This document shows, one piece after another, positions 11,583 to 21,457 of a DNA stretch of 64,000 bases. The notes beneath the pieces are model-generated. The model made no database searches and was not told the DNA's origin. It worked only from the letters and a program-made list of their open reading frames with translations. Both the position numbers and the translations under genes were made by a program. Source of the stretch: an uncultured Planctomycetaceae bacterium. Its GTDB lineage: Bacteria > Planctomycetota > Planctomycetia > Isosphaerales > Isosphaeraceae. Location: positions 2,880,001 to 2,944,000 of the forward strand of contig CAWIAD010000001.1 of assembly GCA_963833985.1 (NCBI GenBank). Direction: 5' to 3'. The stretch's first letter is position 1. The number at the start of each line of letters is the position of its first letter.

Positions 11583-12887
11583 ATGCGCCTCTTCGACCTG
11601 ATCGCCGTCTTCACCGTGATCGCGGCGCTCCTGAGCTACATCAATCTGCGGCTGCTCCGTCTTCCCATGACCATCGGCCTCATGGCCCTGGCCCTGATGC
11701 TTGCCCTCTCACTCTTCGCCCTGGAACAGGTCGTTCCGGCGCTGACCGGCGAGGTCCGGGCCCTGGTGAAGCTCTTCGATTTCGACCAGGCGCTCTTGCA
11801 TGGCATGCTGGGATTCCTGCTGTTCGCCGGCGCACTGCACGTCGACCTCGAGGACCTGATGGTGCAAAGGTGGCCGATCGCCATCCTGGCCACGGTCGGA
11901 GTCCTGACCTCGACCCTGATCATCGGCGTGCTGATGTATGGACTTCTCGGCTGGCTTGGCCTGCCCCTCCGCTTCATCGACTGCCTGCTCTTCGGGGCCC
12001 TGATCTCGCCCACCGACCCGGTGGCCGTGCTCAGCCTGCTGAAGCAGATCGGGGCCCCGAAAGCGCTCGATGTGCAGATTGCCGGCGAGTCTCTGTTCAA
12101 CGACGGCGTGGGGGTCGTGCTCTTCATCGGGCTGCTGGAAGTCGCCACGGGACACGTCCCCTTCGATGTCCGCCATCTCGCGCGTCTGTTCCTGCAAGAA
12201 GCGGTTGGAGGTGCGCTTCTTGGCCTGGCCGCGGGTTACCTGGCCTACCGGATGATCAGGTCCGTCGATCATTATCAGGTCGAAATCCTGCTCTCCCTGG
12301 CGCTCGTCTTCGGCGGCTATTCTCTGGCCGAGAGGCTGCATCTTTCCGCGCCCATCGCCATGGTTCTCGCCGGGCTCCTGATCGGCAACCACGGCCGCCG
12401 CCTTGGCATGTCGAGCACCACCATTGAACACCTCGACCTGTTCTGGGAACTGATCGACGAGTCCCTCAACGCGGTGCTGTTCGTGGCGATCGGCCTGGAA
12501 TTGCTGGTGGTCACTCTGTCTCCGAGCTATCTGGTCGCGGGAGCCTTTGCCATCGTGATCGTTCTGACCGGACGATTCGTCTCCATCGGCTTACCGGTGT
12601 GGCTGTTTCGCCGCTCGGAACGATTCGATCCCTCGATGATTGGAATCCTCACGTGGGGCGGTCTGCGCGGGGGCATCTCGGTGGCCCTGGCGCTGTCAAT
12701 TCCCGCCATGAGTTCAGCCGGCGTGGTCGCCAGCCGCGACGTGCTCCTGGCCACGACCTACGTGGTCGTGGTCTTCTCGATACTGGTTCAGGGCCTGACC
12801 TTCGGCCCGCTCACCCGGCGCTGGGTCGCGCGCGTCGCAGCCAGGGCGGCCATAAGCCCATCCGTCCCCCTGGAGGAACGTCCCTGA
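11583..12887 (+). CDS. CPA1 Na+/H+ antiporter (NhaP-like)
   Basis: ISPTDPVAV, GESLFNDG and WGGLRGG motifs; many TM segments. Confidence 0.92.
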   Translation: MRLFDLIAVFTVIAALLSYINLRLLRLPMTIGLMALALMLALSLFALEQVVPALTGEVRALVKLFDFDQALLHGMLGFLLFAGALHVDLEDLMVQRWPIAILATVGVLTSTLIIGVLMYGLLGWLGLPLRFIDCLLFGALISPTDPVAVLSLLKQIGAPKALDVQIAGESLFNDGVGVVLFIGLLEVATGHVPFDVRHLARLFLQEAVGGALLGLAAGYLAYRMIRSVDHYQVEILLSLALVFGGYSLAERLHLSAPIAMVLAGLLIGNHGRRLGMSSTTIEHLDLFWELIDESLNAVLFVAIGLELLVVTLSPSYLVAGAFAIVIVLTGRFVSIGLPVWLFRRSERFDPSMIGILTWGGLRGGISVALALSIPAMSSAGVVASRDVLLATTYVVVVFSILVQGLTFGPLTRRWVARVAARAAISPSVPLEERP

Positions 12888-13340
12888 AGGCGAAAGCCCG
12901 GCGCGAGTCCGGCACGTTCCCGTTCTCATGAGTGCGGGACACCGGCGCGATCTGAGGCAACCTCGAGGGCGTCGAGCCGTCTTCCGCTGGCGAGCCTGAG
13001 CCGTTGACTCTCGAGCCTTTCGCGTAGGACAGGATTCCATTCTTGTCTCTTCAAACACCTCCATGACGCCCGGGCCGATCCTGCACCACCGGCGGATAGC
13101 CGGCGTAGGGAACCAGCCCCAGGGCGCCGGCCCACTCTCGCTCCGGGACCCGATCGTCGTCCCGAATGGCGGCACTGTGGTAAGGTTCTCGCTCCTGGCT
13201 CAGCTGCGCCGCAAGCGTACCTCCGCCCGCAAGCACCAGCCGATCCAGCAGCTCCCTGCTCGAATCCTGTGACGGCTTGACCCGCTCGCAGGGCGTCCCT
13301 CGATTGTCTCAGCAACCGAATCCCATGCTCGCCCCCCTGA

Positions 13341-13700
13341 CCAGAAGCGCGTCGAACTGGCACGGGGATTGGCCGCCCCGTAGGGTGGGTCGAGCGTCCC
13401 CGCGAGGCCCACCATTCGTGGAACCGGGGCCAGAAGCGCGTAAAACTGGCCCGGGGATTGGCCGCCCCGTAGGGTGGGTCGAGCGTCCCCGCGAGGCCCA
13501 CCTTTCCTGGAACCGTGGCCGGAAGCCCCTCGAACTGGCCCGGGGATTGGCCGCCCGGTAGGGTGGGTCGAGCGTCCCCGCGAGGCCCACCTTTCGTGGA
13601 ACCGTGGTCGGAAGCCCCTCGAACTGGCCCGGGGATTGGCCGCCCGGTAGGGTGGGTCGAGCGTCCCCGCGAGGCCCACCTTTCGTGGAACCGTGGTCGG
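13341..13700 (+). repeat. Tandem array of 4 x 89 bp units, each with a GTAG-type REP
   Basis: GTAGGGTGGGTCGAGCGTCCCCGCGAGGCCCACC at 13380, 13469, 13558 and 13647. Confidence 0.9.
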
Positions 13701-13890
13701 ATAGTTCTCGCGGTCATCCATGAACCTGAAATGACAGGCGACGAAGGGCTCGCCACGTGATCTCGTCATCTGCCTGGTACAGGGTGAGTGACCACGTCGT
13801 TCGGACGTGCGCGGCCTCCACTTCCGCCCAGGTCGGCGCCCGCGTACGTGAGCACGATGCTCGGATGGGCGATCCCGCCAGGCAGATACG

Positions 13891-13957
13891 CGTGACCACG
13901 TGCGTGAGCACGTGGTTCGGACGGGCGCAGCCTCCAACCTCGGCCGTGAGGCCGACC
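13891..13957 (+). repeat. About 67-bp terminal repeat downstream of the RAYT-like gene
   Basis: Matches 47373-47439, 47509-47575 and the reverse complement of 48168-48233; degenerate copies at about 13785-13870. Confidence 0.8.
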
Positions 13958-13966
13958 AGCACCTGA

Positions 13967-14888
13967 GAGGGAGTTCGGAAACTTGGGTGGGCTGGACAGA
14001 TTTTCTGAATTGAGCAGAATCTTCTCAGGGGAAGGGTAGTCATCGAACAAGGGCGGAGCCCGATCATGGACGAGCGCACGGCGCGGAAGGCGTATGAGAG
14101 CGATCTTACTGACGAAGAGTGGAGGATTGTCGAACCGCTCCTTCCTGCAGGGAAGTTCGGCGGCCGGCCGCGCACCACAAACATCCGCGAGGTGCTCAAT
14201 GCGGTCTTCTACTTGTTGCGAACCGGATGCGCCTGGCGACTCTTGCCCCACGACTTTCCACCGGCGGGCACAGTCTACGATTACTTTCGAGCGTGGTCCC
14301 GTGACGGAACTCTCCAACGAGTTCACGACATTCTTCGTCGACGGGTTCGTGTTGCAGCGGGCCGAAACGAGGAGCCCAGCGCGGCGTGCATTGACAGCCA
14401 ATCGGCAAAGACAAACGAGCAAGGGGGGATCGATGGATACGATGCCGGGAAGAAGATCATGGGGCGCAAGCGTCACATCCTGGTGGACACCATGGGGCTG
14501 ATTCTGGCTGTGGTCGTTCATTCGGCAGGTATCCAGGATCGGGACGGGGCGAAGGCAGTTTTCGATGCGATCAGGAACGACCTGCCACGGCTGCAGTTGG
14601 TCTGGGCCGACGGCGGCTACGCAGGCAAATTGGTGGAGTGGGTCAAGAGCGAGTGTGGTTGGGTCCTGGAGATCGTGAAACGAACGGACGACGTCAAGGG
14701 TTTTAAGCTCCTGCCCCACCGCTGGGTCGTGGAGCGAACCTTCGCCTGGTTGGGACGGTTTCGCCGAATGAGCAAGGATTATGAGTTCCATCCAGAAACG
14801 TCAGCGTCAATGATTCATCTTGCTATGATCAACATTATGGTGCGTCGGCTTGCTGCTGCCTAAACCGCGCAACTTTCCAAACTCCCTC
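13967..14888 (+). mobile_element. IS5 family insertion sequence (IS1031-like), 922 bp
   Basis: TIRs GAGGGAGTTCGGAAACTT / AACTTTCCAAACTCCCTC; TGA TSD at 13964-13966 and 14889-14891. Confidence 0.92.
14066..14863 (+). CDS. IS5 family DDE transposase
   Basis: [20 protein letters not shown] and [11 protein letters not shown] motifs. Confidence 0.95.
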   Translation: MDERTARKAYESDLTDEEWRIVEPLLPAGKFGGRPRTTNIREVLNAVFYLLRTGCAWRLLPHDFPPAGTVYDYFRAWSRDGTLQRVHDILRRRVRVAAGRNEEPSAACIDSQSAKTNEQGGIDGYDAGKKIMGRKRHILVDTMGLILAVVVHSAGIQDRDGAKAVFDAIRNDLPRLQLVWADGGYAGKLVEWVKSECGWVLEIVKRTDDVKGFKLLPHRWVVERTFAWLGRFRRMSKDYEFHPETSASMIHLAMINIMVRRLAAA

Positions 14889-14921
14889 TGAGACCAACAC
14901 GCCGCGCATCTCGCCGCGGCT

Positions 14922-15956
14922 TCACCGTGCAGGGCAGCCGCCCAGGTTCGCCAGGTGATGCCGGCCCAGCCGACCGGCCACGTCCCGCAGCCGTTCCCGG
15001 CTGGCGGCGAAGAACCGTCCCAGCAGCCGCCCACCCGCCAGCTTCAGCAGCCGTGCCTGCCAGCTCTCGGCGTTGCTCCCCAGCCGCTCCAATATCCCGG
15101 CCAGCTCCGCCGAGATCGCCGCCTTCCCTTCGCGGAGTAGTCGTCCCGTATAGTCCACCAGCAGCAGATAGCTGCCTAGCGAGAACCCGTCGACCATCCC
15201 TTCCCGCGCTGAGTCGAGCCGCCGGCGGTCCTCGATCGGACAGAGCCAGAGCTGCTCTTCCAGCCCGCTCGCCGCCTTCGACCCCGCCACACTGCCGACC
15301 TCGGCGGCCTTCAGATCCTCGGCGCGCTCCTGTTCCTGCACGTGCTCGACCCGCTGCTTGATCGACGTGTGCGGGCTGGCCTCCGGAACCTTGGCCATAC
15401 CCGCGGCCACCGGGTTCAGATCGATGTAGGCACAGGTCGCCAGCAGTGATTCCTCGTCCAGGATTGCCACGCTCTGGAACCGCCCCTCGAAGAATGCCCC
15501 GCGGGTGTTCTCCTCGCGGTTGGCCATCCGCGACAGCGGCTCCTTCAGGCACTTCATGAACCAGCTCAGGCTTTGCAGCCGCTGGCGAGCCATCGCCACC
15601 CACTTGGCGTCTTTCAGCCGTTCCGTGACCCACGCCTCCGAGACCGGCAATGCCTTTCGCGCCCTGTCGCGGGGCGGGAAGAGCCTCCCCCAGCGCCGCA
15701 CGACCTCTTCATTCGCCCACCCCGCCGCCACATCCGGGTCGAGCCGCACCAGCAGATGCAGATGGTTATCGAGGATCGCAAACCCGCCCACGGCCACGGA
15801 GAAGATCTCCGCAAGTTCCCGCAACCGCCGTTCGATCCATTCCTTGCGGTCGATCCCGCCCTCCCCCAGCAGAAACGCCCGCCGTACGCACCGCGTGATG
15901 CAGTGATACCAGCGGGTGACTGACGGATCAACCAGATGCGCACGCGCGATCGTCAT
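14922..15956 (-). CDS. RAYT-like Y1 HUH tyrosine transposase
   Basis: YHCITRCVRR, DNHLHLL (HUH), FFEGRF and YIDLNP (catalytic Tyr); AGGAG RBS. Confidence 0.9.
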   Translation of the reverse strand: MTIARAHLVDPSVTRWYHCITRCVRRAFLLGEGGIDRKEWIERRLRELAEIFSVAVGGFAILDNHLHLLVRLDPDVAAGWANEEVVRRWGRLFPPRDRARKALPVSEAWVTERLKDAKWVAMARQRLQSLSWFMKCLKEPLSRMANREENTRGAFFEGRFQSVAILDEESLLATCAYIDLNPVAAGMAKVPEASPHTSIKQRVEHVQEQERAEDLKAAEVGSVAGSKAASGLEEQLWLCPIEDRRRLDSAREGMVDGFSLGSYLLLVDYTGRLLREGKAAISAELAGILERLGSNAESWQARLLKLAGGRLLGRFFAASRERLRDVAGRLGRHHLANLGGCPAR

Positions 15957-16015
15957 GGCCTTTTCTCCTGGCAAGATCCGCACAACCTACCAGATCCACC
16001 CGGCCAGGGGAAGCC

Positions 16016-16115
16016 TGCATTGCATGTCCTTTTTTCCTCTTTTTCTTTGCATGTCCTTTTTCTCTCTTTTTCTCTTTCTCTTCTCTTTCTCTTTCCTTTT
16101 TCTCTTGTCCTTTTT
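16016..16115 (-). repeat. Purine-rich stutter array at the upstream end of the RAYT element
   Basis: Minus strand is made of partial copies of AGAGAAAAAGGACATGCA and ends in AGGACATGCAATGCA. Confidence 0.8.
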
Positions 16116-16186
16116 ACAACCTCTCCCCGCTGACGAGGAATCCCGGACTTGAACTATCCTACTGAGTAGGATAGGATTGGCCTTCG

Positions 16187-16552
16187 ATGAAAGCCCTCTT
16201 CATCGAGTCGAGCGAGTTCACGGAGTGGGTCAAGGCATACCTGACCGACGAGGCGCTCTCGGCGCTGCAACGTGACCTCATGAACGACCCCGAGATCGGC
16301 GCTGTGATGCTGGGCTGCGGCGGCTTGCGGAAGGTCCGCATCGCCGACCCCAGCCGGGGCAAGGGTAAGCGGGGCGGGGCTCGTGTGATCTACCTGCACG
16401 TCCCGGATGCCAACGTTTTCTACTTCATCACCGTGTACGGCAAGAACCAGAAGGACGACCTGTCGCCCGGCGACAAGAGGCTGTATCGGCAACTCGCAGC
16501 GATCTTGAAGCAGCAGGCACATCCCGACAACGAGCCGGGAGGGGGAGCATGA
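16187..16552 (+). CDS. RelE/HigB family toxin
   Basis: GCGGLRKVR, GKGKRGGARVIY and YGKNQKDDL motifs. Confidence 0.9.
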   Translation: MKALFIESSEFTEWVKAYLTDEALSALQRDLMNDPEIGAVMLGCGGLRKVRIADPSRGKGKRGGARVIYLHVPDANVFYFITVYGKNQKDDLSPGDKRLYRQLAAILKQQAHPDNEPGGGA

Positions 16553-16998
16553 AGGACACATCGAAGCGTCTGCCGGTCGCCGAGCAGATCCGCAAGGGGC
16601 TGGAAGAAGCGATCCGGCATGCCAGTGGCGAGATCACTCTGAAGACCACCGTTGTCGAACTGCCGGATGAGCCACCTGAGATCGACGCCCCGACTCTGGC
16701 GGCGATCCGGGACCAGTCGAGGATGTCTCAGGCCGTCTTCGCCCGGCTGCTCAACGTCTCGACCAAGACCGTGCAAAGCTGGGAACAGGGTCTCCGAACC
16801 CCCTCGCACGCCTCTCGACGACTGATCCAGATCTACAGCCAGCACCCCGAGACCGTCTGCCAGAGCGTCGGGTTGCCCCCGATTAAGCTCCAAGGCGTCA
16901 CGATCGAGGAGGTGGCGTCGGGTCACCGCAGGATCGTGGTTCAGTGCGCTGGGAACCCAAAGAAAGTGAAAGTCCCCCGGTCTCCTACCACCCGCTGA
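16549..16998 (+). CDS. HigA-like XRE-HTH antitoxin
   Basis: MSQAVFARLLNVSTKTVQSWEQG; overlaps the toxin stop codon (ATGA). Confidence 0.88.
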   Translation: MKDTSKRLPVAEQIRKGLEEAIRHASGEITLKTTVVELPDEPPEIDAPTLAAIRDQSRMSQAVFARLLNVSTKTVQSWEQGLRTPSHASRRLIQIYSQHPETVCQSVGLPPIKLQGVTIEEVASGHRRIVVQCAGNPKKVKVPRSPTTR

Positions 16999-17526
16999 GA
17001 CAGGCGACGACCAAGTTGGCCCGACAGCACCATGCGGCCGTCTCCCTCCCACCGAGGGATGAGCTATGACTCCTCGGTTCCCAAGGTTCGGTTGCTGGAA
17101 TCTCTCCAATGGTGTCCTAGCCAGACTCCAATGGGGCGATGTAGTTCGTTTGCGACTGAGCTAAGCAGGGAGTTCCATGAACACACAGGGAATTGTGGGC
17201 GTCCTCGGCTGCCTCTTGAACCGTGAGACGGGGACGGAGGAGGACACACGCGTTTTCGTGGGAGTTAAGCATGAGGAATTGGTGCGCAAGCTAATCAATT
17301 ATCCTAAAGGTGGTAGCGGGTGGCGGAGGGGAAGGCGGAAAAACGCAGGCGCTCTATCGGGGACGAAAGTCCGGTAACTCTGGATGGGTTTTTCGCCGCA
17401 GACGCCTGAGAGACAAGGACTTAGGAGTGCCACACCGCCGGCAACTCTGCACGTGCCGAGATCAACTTTTAATTCTTTCGGCCTTCCCCGTCTCTATAAA
17501 TCCTTTGGTATCAAAGACTTGTATAG

Positions 17527-17600
17527 TGGGCGATAGAGGACTTGAACCTCTGACCTCCTGCGTGTCGAGCAGGCGCTCTAGCCAGCTGAGCTAATCGCCC
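17527..17600 (-). tRNA. tRNA-Val(GAC), CCA not encoded
   Basis: GGGCGATTAGCTCAGCTGG...CCTGC-TCGACAC-GCAGG...GGTTCAAGTCC...ATCGCCCA cloverleaf. Confidence 0.95.
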
Positions 17601-17697
17601 TCAATGGTTCCTTTATAAGTGACCGGTTCGGGGGCGGTCAAGATGAGCGCGGATGCGGGGGCGAGCCGGCTCGCGCTGCTCTGCGCCCAGTTCGGCC

Positions 17698-18258
17698 TCA
17701 GATCTCCATGATCTCCGCGGATTTCTTTTCGCCCAGCTCGTTGACCTTGGCCTCGAACTTCTTGGTCAGCGACTGGATCTCCTCCTTGCAGGTCTCCAGG
17801 TCGTCCTCGGTGAGGATCTTGTCGGACTGCTCCACCTCGGCCTGCTTGTTGGCATCGCGGCGAATGTTGCGGATCGCCACGCGGGCCTCCTCGGCAAGGT
17901 CCTTCACCCGGTTGGTCAGCTTCTTGCGCTGCTCGACCGACAGTGGCGGAACGTTCAGGCGGACCACCTTGCCATCGGAGTTCGGGGTCAGACCCAGGTC
18001 GCTGGTCTGGATCGCCCTGACGATGTCGCCGACCACGGACGGATCGAACGGACGGATCAGGATTTGCTGCGGCTCGGGCGTGCTCAGGTTGGCCAGTTGC
18101 TTCAGCGGCGTGGAGGAGCCGTAGTAGTCGACACGGATCGAGTCCACGAGGCCCGTGTTGGCCCGGCCGGTGCGGACTCCGCGGAGCTGGTCGGTGAGCA
18201 GCGTGACACTCTTTTCCATGCGATCTTCGGCTTCCAGGGCGATCTCTTCGATGCTCAT
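17698..18258 (-). CDS. frr: Ribosome recycling factor
   Basis: VRTGRAN, VDYYGS and ARVAIRNIRRD motifs; follows pyrH. Confidence 0.97.
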   Translation of the reverse strand: MSIEEIALEAEDRMEKSVTLLTDQLRGVRTGRANTGLVDSIRVDYYGSSTPLKQLANLSTPEPQQILIRPFDPSVVGDIVRAIQTSDLGLTPNSDGKVVRLNVPPLSVEQRKKLTNRVKDLAEEARVAIRNIRRDANKQAEVEQSDKILTEDDLETCKEEIQSLTKKFEAKVNELGEKKSAEIMEI

Positions 18259-18446
18259 CGGATGCATCCTCTGCTGGAATGGTCGAGCGGTCGGACCAGG
18301 CAAGGGCTGGCGCCGGATCGTTCCGCCCCGCGACCGCCCGGCCCAGATATCGTATCACGACCGCACGAGGCCGCGACAGACGCCAAGCTCGAAGAACGCG
18401 ACGGCCGCCCAGGGTCTTGCACCTGCGACAGCCAGGCAGGCGGATC

Positions 18447-19220
18447 TCAGCATGTGGCCGCCTGGACGCGCGGCCGGGAGGCGTGGCTCACCCACGTACC
18501 GATGTTCTCGCCCATGACGGCGCGCTCGATGTTGCCTTCCTTCTTGAAGTTGAAGACGAGGATCGGCAGGTTGTGTTCCATGCACATGCCGATGGCCGTC
18601 ATGTCCATCACCTTGAGCTGGTCGCGCATCACCTGCTCGAACCCGAGGTGCGGGTAGAGCACCGCGTGCGGGTTCTTCTCCGGGTCTGCTGAATAGACGC
18701 CGTCCACCCGCGTGGCCTTGAGCAGCACGTCCACGCCGAGCTCCTTGCCCCGCAGCGCGGCCGCCGTGTCGGTGGTCACGAACGGGCTGCCCGTACCGCT
18801 GGCCAGGATGATCACGCGGCCGCGTTCCAGGTGGGAAAGGGCGCGGCGGCGGATGAACGGCTCGGCGACCTCCTCCATGCGGATGGTGGTCATGAGCCTT
18901 GTCTGGCATCCCATGCTCTCGAGCGCGTCCTGGAGTGCCAGGCCGTTGATGACGGTGGCCGTCATGCCCATGTAGTGGGCCGTCGCTTCCTTGATGACGT
19001 CCGAGCCGCGGCTGAGCTGGGCGCCTCGAAGGATGTTCCCCCCACCCACGACGATGGCCAGTTGCACTCCCAGCGATGCCACGCGGGACGCCTGGCGGGC
19101 GATGCGGCTGACCTCATCGACGCTGATGCCGCCCTCGCCGGGCCGGCAAAAGCTTTCGCCCGAAAGCTTCAGCAAGACGCGCCGGAATGCCGGGCCGCCG
19201 TCGATCACGTTGCCATCCAT
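18447..19220 (-). CDS. pyrH: UMP kinase
   Basis: [13 protein letters not shown] and TTDTAAALR motifs. Confidence 0.97.
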   Translation of the reverse strand: MDGNVIDGGPAFRRVLLKLSGESFCRPGEGGISVDEVSRIARQASRVASLGVQLAIVVGGGNILRGAQLSRGSDVIKEATAHYMGMTATVINGLALQDALESMGCQTRLMTTIRMEEVAEPFIRRRALSHLERGRVIILASGTGSPFVTTDTAAALRGKELGVDVLLKATRVDGVYSADPEKNPHAVLYPHLGFEQVMRDQLKVMDMTAIGMCMEHNLPILVFNFKKEGNIERAVMGENIGTWVSHASRPRVQAATC

Positions 19221-19407
19221 CGAGAATCCTCGGAACAGAGTGAGGTGCAGAGAGAACCAGCGGCCCGCAGAATGGCGGATCTCGGCCGGCGCCGGGCCAC
19301 TGAGGGACGGATCACGACCGGCACACGACGCATGAGCAACGCCTCATGCCGGCCGCCATGCCCCGCGTGCCAGTGGACCCGCCCCGAGGGAAACGTGCCG
19401 GACGAGA

Positions 19408-20004
19408 CTAGCGTCCCTCGCCCACGATGAACCGGGCAAAGCGCGCCACCGAGATATTCTCGCCGGTGCGGGCGTTCACCGCCAGAATCACGTCGCGTAC
19501 CGATCTGGTCTCATCCTTCACGAACTTCTGATCCATGAGCACGGATTCGGCGAACCAGGCGTCGACCTTGCCCTGGGCGATCTTCTCCTGGATGTTCGCC
19601 GGCTTGTCGGCGACCTGGCTCATGAAGATGCGCTTCTGCTCGGCGACGACGTCCTCCGGCACGTCCTCCCGCTTCACGTAGGCAGGATTGGAGGCCATGA
19701 TGTGCAGGGCCAGGTCCCTGGCAAGCTGCTTGAACTCGTCGTTGCGAGCGACGAAATCGGTCTCGCAATTGAGCTCGATGAGCACGCCCGACTTGGCGTC
19801 GTGATGGATATAGACGTCGACCCGGCCGGCCCTGGCGGCGCGGCCGGCGCGGAGCTCGGCCTGCTTCATCCCCCGCTCCTTGGCCAGGGTTTCCGCCTTC
19901 TTCAGGTCACCCTCGGCTTCCTGGAGGAGCTTCTTGCACTCCATCAGTCCAAGTCCGGTCTTCTTGCGAAACTCGTTCACCGCCTGAGCCGTGATCTCGG
20001 CCAT
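19408..20004 (-). CDS. tsf: Elongation factor Ts (short form)
   Basis: GLMECKK and ELNCETDFVA motifs. Confidence 0.96.
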   Translation of the reverse strand: MAEITAQAVNEFRKKTGLGLMECKKLLQEAEGDLKKAETLAKERGMKQAELRAGRAARAGRVDVYIHHDAKSGVLIELNCETDFVARNDEFKQLARDLALHIMASNPAYVKREDVPEDVVAEQKRIFMSQVADKPANIQEKIAQGKVDAWFAESVLMDQKFVKDETRSVRDVILAVNARTGENISVARFARFIVGEGR

Positions 20005-20343
20005 CGGCATTTCTCCTCAAAAGCGTTCCTGCGCACTCGATTTCCAGATTCGCGCTACTGATCGACTTTCCATGCTTGGCTCGACGCTCGCCGGTGCGCG
20101 CCTCGCTCGGTGCACCGGCCCAGCCCGTCGCCTGAAGGTCCATGCGCGCCTCCAGGGCATTCCAGGGGGAAGCGTTCGATGTTGGCTCTGCCGCGCTGCC
20201 GGGTAGCGCCTCTGGCCGCGAGCCCGCCCCTCCGCCGTGGTTGCAACGTTTGCGGGATGGGTCCCATGCCGGCATGACGTCACGAGCGGTCAACTCCGCC
20301 GGGCCGTTCCCTTTGAAAGGGGCACCCAGCGGAGTACCCGGCT

Positions 20344-21300
20344 TCAACTGGACGCCGGCTCGGGGGCGGCAGGTTCGGGGCTGGCGGCGACCGGCTCGGG
20401 GCTCGGCTCGGCCGGGGCCGTTTCGACGGGGGCCTCGCCAGGCTGCACCGCCGCCTCACGGGCCGGTTCGGCAGCGTTCACCGCGGAACGCGCGGAGACC
20501 GACGCGGCCAGTCCACCGACCCGGGTGATCGATTCCGGGCGGCCGGGCATCCGCTTGGGACCGCGATCCCGATCGCGATCGCCCCGGGGTCCCGGTTCGG
20601 GTGCCACGGGTTCGGGTGGGGCGGACGCCTTGCCTTCGATGATCGCGTCGATCAGCCGCTTGATCAGCAGATCGATCGACCGCATGCTGTCGTCGTTGCC
20701 GGGGATGGGCAGGTCGATGAGGTCGGGATCGCAGTCGGTGTCGAGCAGGGCGACCACCTTCAGACCCAGCTTCCGGGCTTCGGCCACCGCGATGTGCTCG
20801 CGCCGCGGATCGATCACCATGAGCGCCTCGGGCAACCGCGTCATCGACCGGATGCCGCTCAGGTTGCGCTCGATCTTGCGGCGCTCGCGGGTGAGCGTCG
20901 AGATCATCTTCTTCGAGTAGCTCAGCCCTTGCTCGCCGTCGAGGATGGTTTCCAGCTCCTCGAGCCTTTGCAAGCGGCTGCGAATCGTCCGGAAGTTGGT
21001 GAGCGTGCCGCCGAGCCAGCGCTCGGTCACGTAAGGCATGCCCCCGCGCTTGCACTCCTCTTCCAGCGTCTCGGCGGCTTGCCGCTTCGTGCCGACGAAC
21101 AGGATGAGACCCCCGGAGGACGCGATCCGGTTGAAGAACTTGGTGGCCCGCAGCAGCCCCCGCACCGTCTCTTTGAGGTCGATGATGTGGATCAGGTTGC
21201 GTTTGCCGTAGATGTACGGCTTCATCTTGGGATTCCAGCGGCTGGCCCGGTGGCCGAAATGCACGCCGGCATCAATCAGTTCCTTGACGACAATCGCCAC
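20344..21300 (-). CDS. rpsB: 30S ribosomal protein S2 with Pro/Ala-rich tail
   Basis: [21 protein letters not shown] and IPGNDD motifs; GTG start after GGAGG. Confidence 0.97.
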   Translation of the reverse strand: MAIVVKELIDAGVHFGHRASRWNPKMKPYIYGKRNLIHIIDLKETVRGLLRATKFFNRIASSGGLILFVGTKRQAAETLEEECKRGGMPYVTERWLGGTLTNFRTIRSRLQRLEELETILDGEQGLSYSKKMISTLTRERRKIERNLSGIRSMTRLPEALMVIDPRREHIAVAEARKLGLKVVALLDTDCDPDLIDLPIPGNDDSMRSIDLLIKRLIDAIIEGKASAPPEPVAPEPGPRGDRDRDRGPKRMPGRPESITRVGGLAASVSARSAVNAAEPAREAAVQPGEAPVETAPAEPSPEPVAASPEPAAPEPASS

Positions 21301-21457
21301 GAAAAAACCTCCGCGCGTCTTCGAGAAGTTCCGGCTGAGATCCCCTGGCGATGGGCCCGGGGCAGCCTTGCTGAGGGTCGAAGTCTTCACCAGCAGCCAG
21401 TATTGGCCCTACTTTATCGGTCCGGCGCCGCGGCGTCAAACCCGCAGGCAGGCCGGC

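Noticed and set aside
13051..13275. Short minus-strand ORF beside the REP array
   Set aside because: May be a gene remnant, but the family cannot be identified.
13341..13700. CRISPR array
   Set aside because: The between-repeat segments are near-identical rather than unique spacers, and there are no cas genes; it is a tandem REP array.
12926..13937. Repetitive ORFs of 276 and 245 aa
   Set aside because: They are translations of the 89-bp DNA repeat and have no protein motifs.
14922..15956. IS200/IS605 element with TnpB or IscB and guide RNA
   Set aside because: No RuvC-like ORF is adjacent, and the length and motifs fit a RAYT-like Y1 enzyme.
15916..16152. Phe/Leu/Ser-rich membrane peptide
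   Set aside because: Artefact of the polypyrimidine tract.
19408..20004. Truncated EF-Ts
   Set aside because: Short EF-Ts of about 200 aa is a known natural form.
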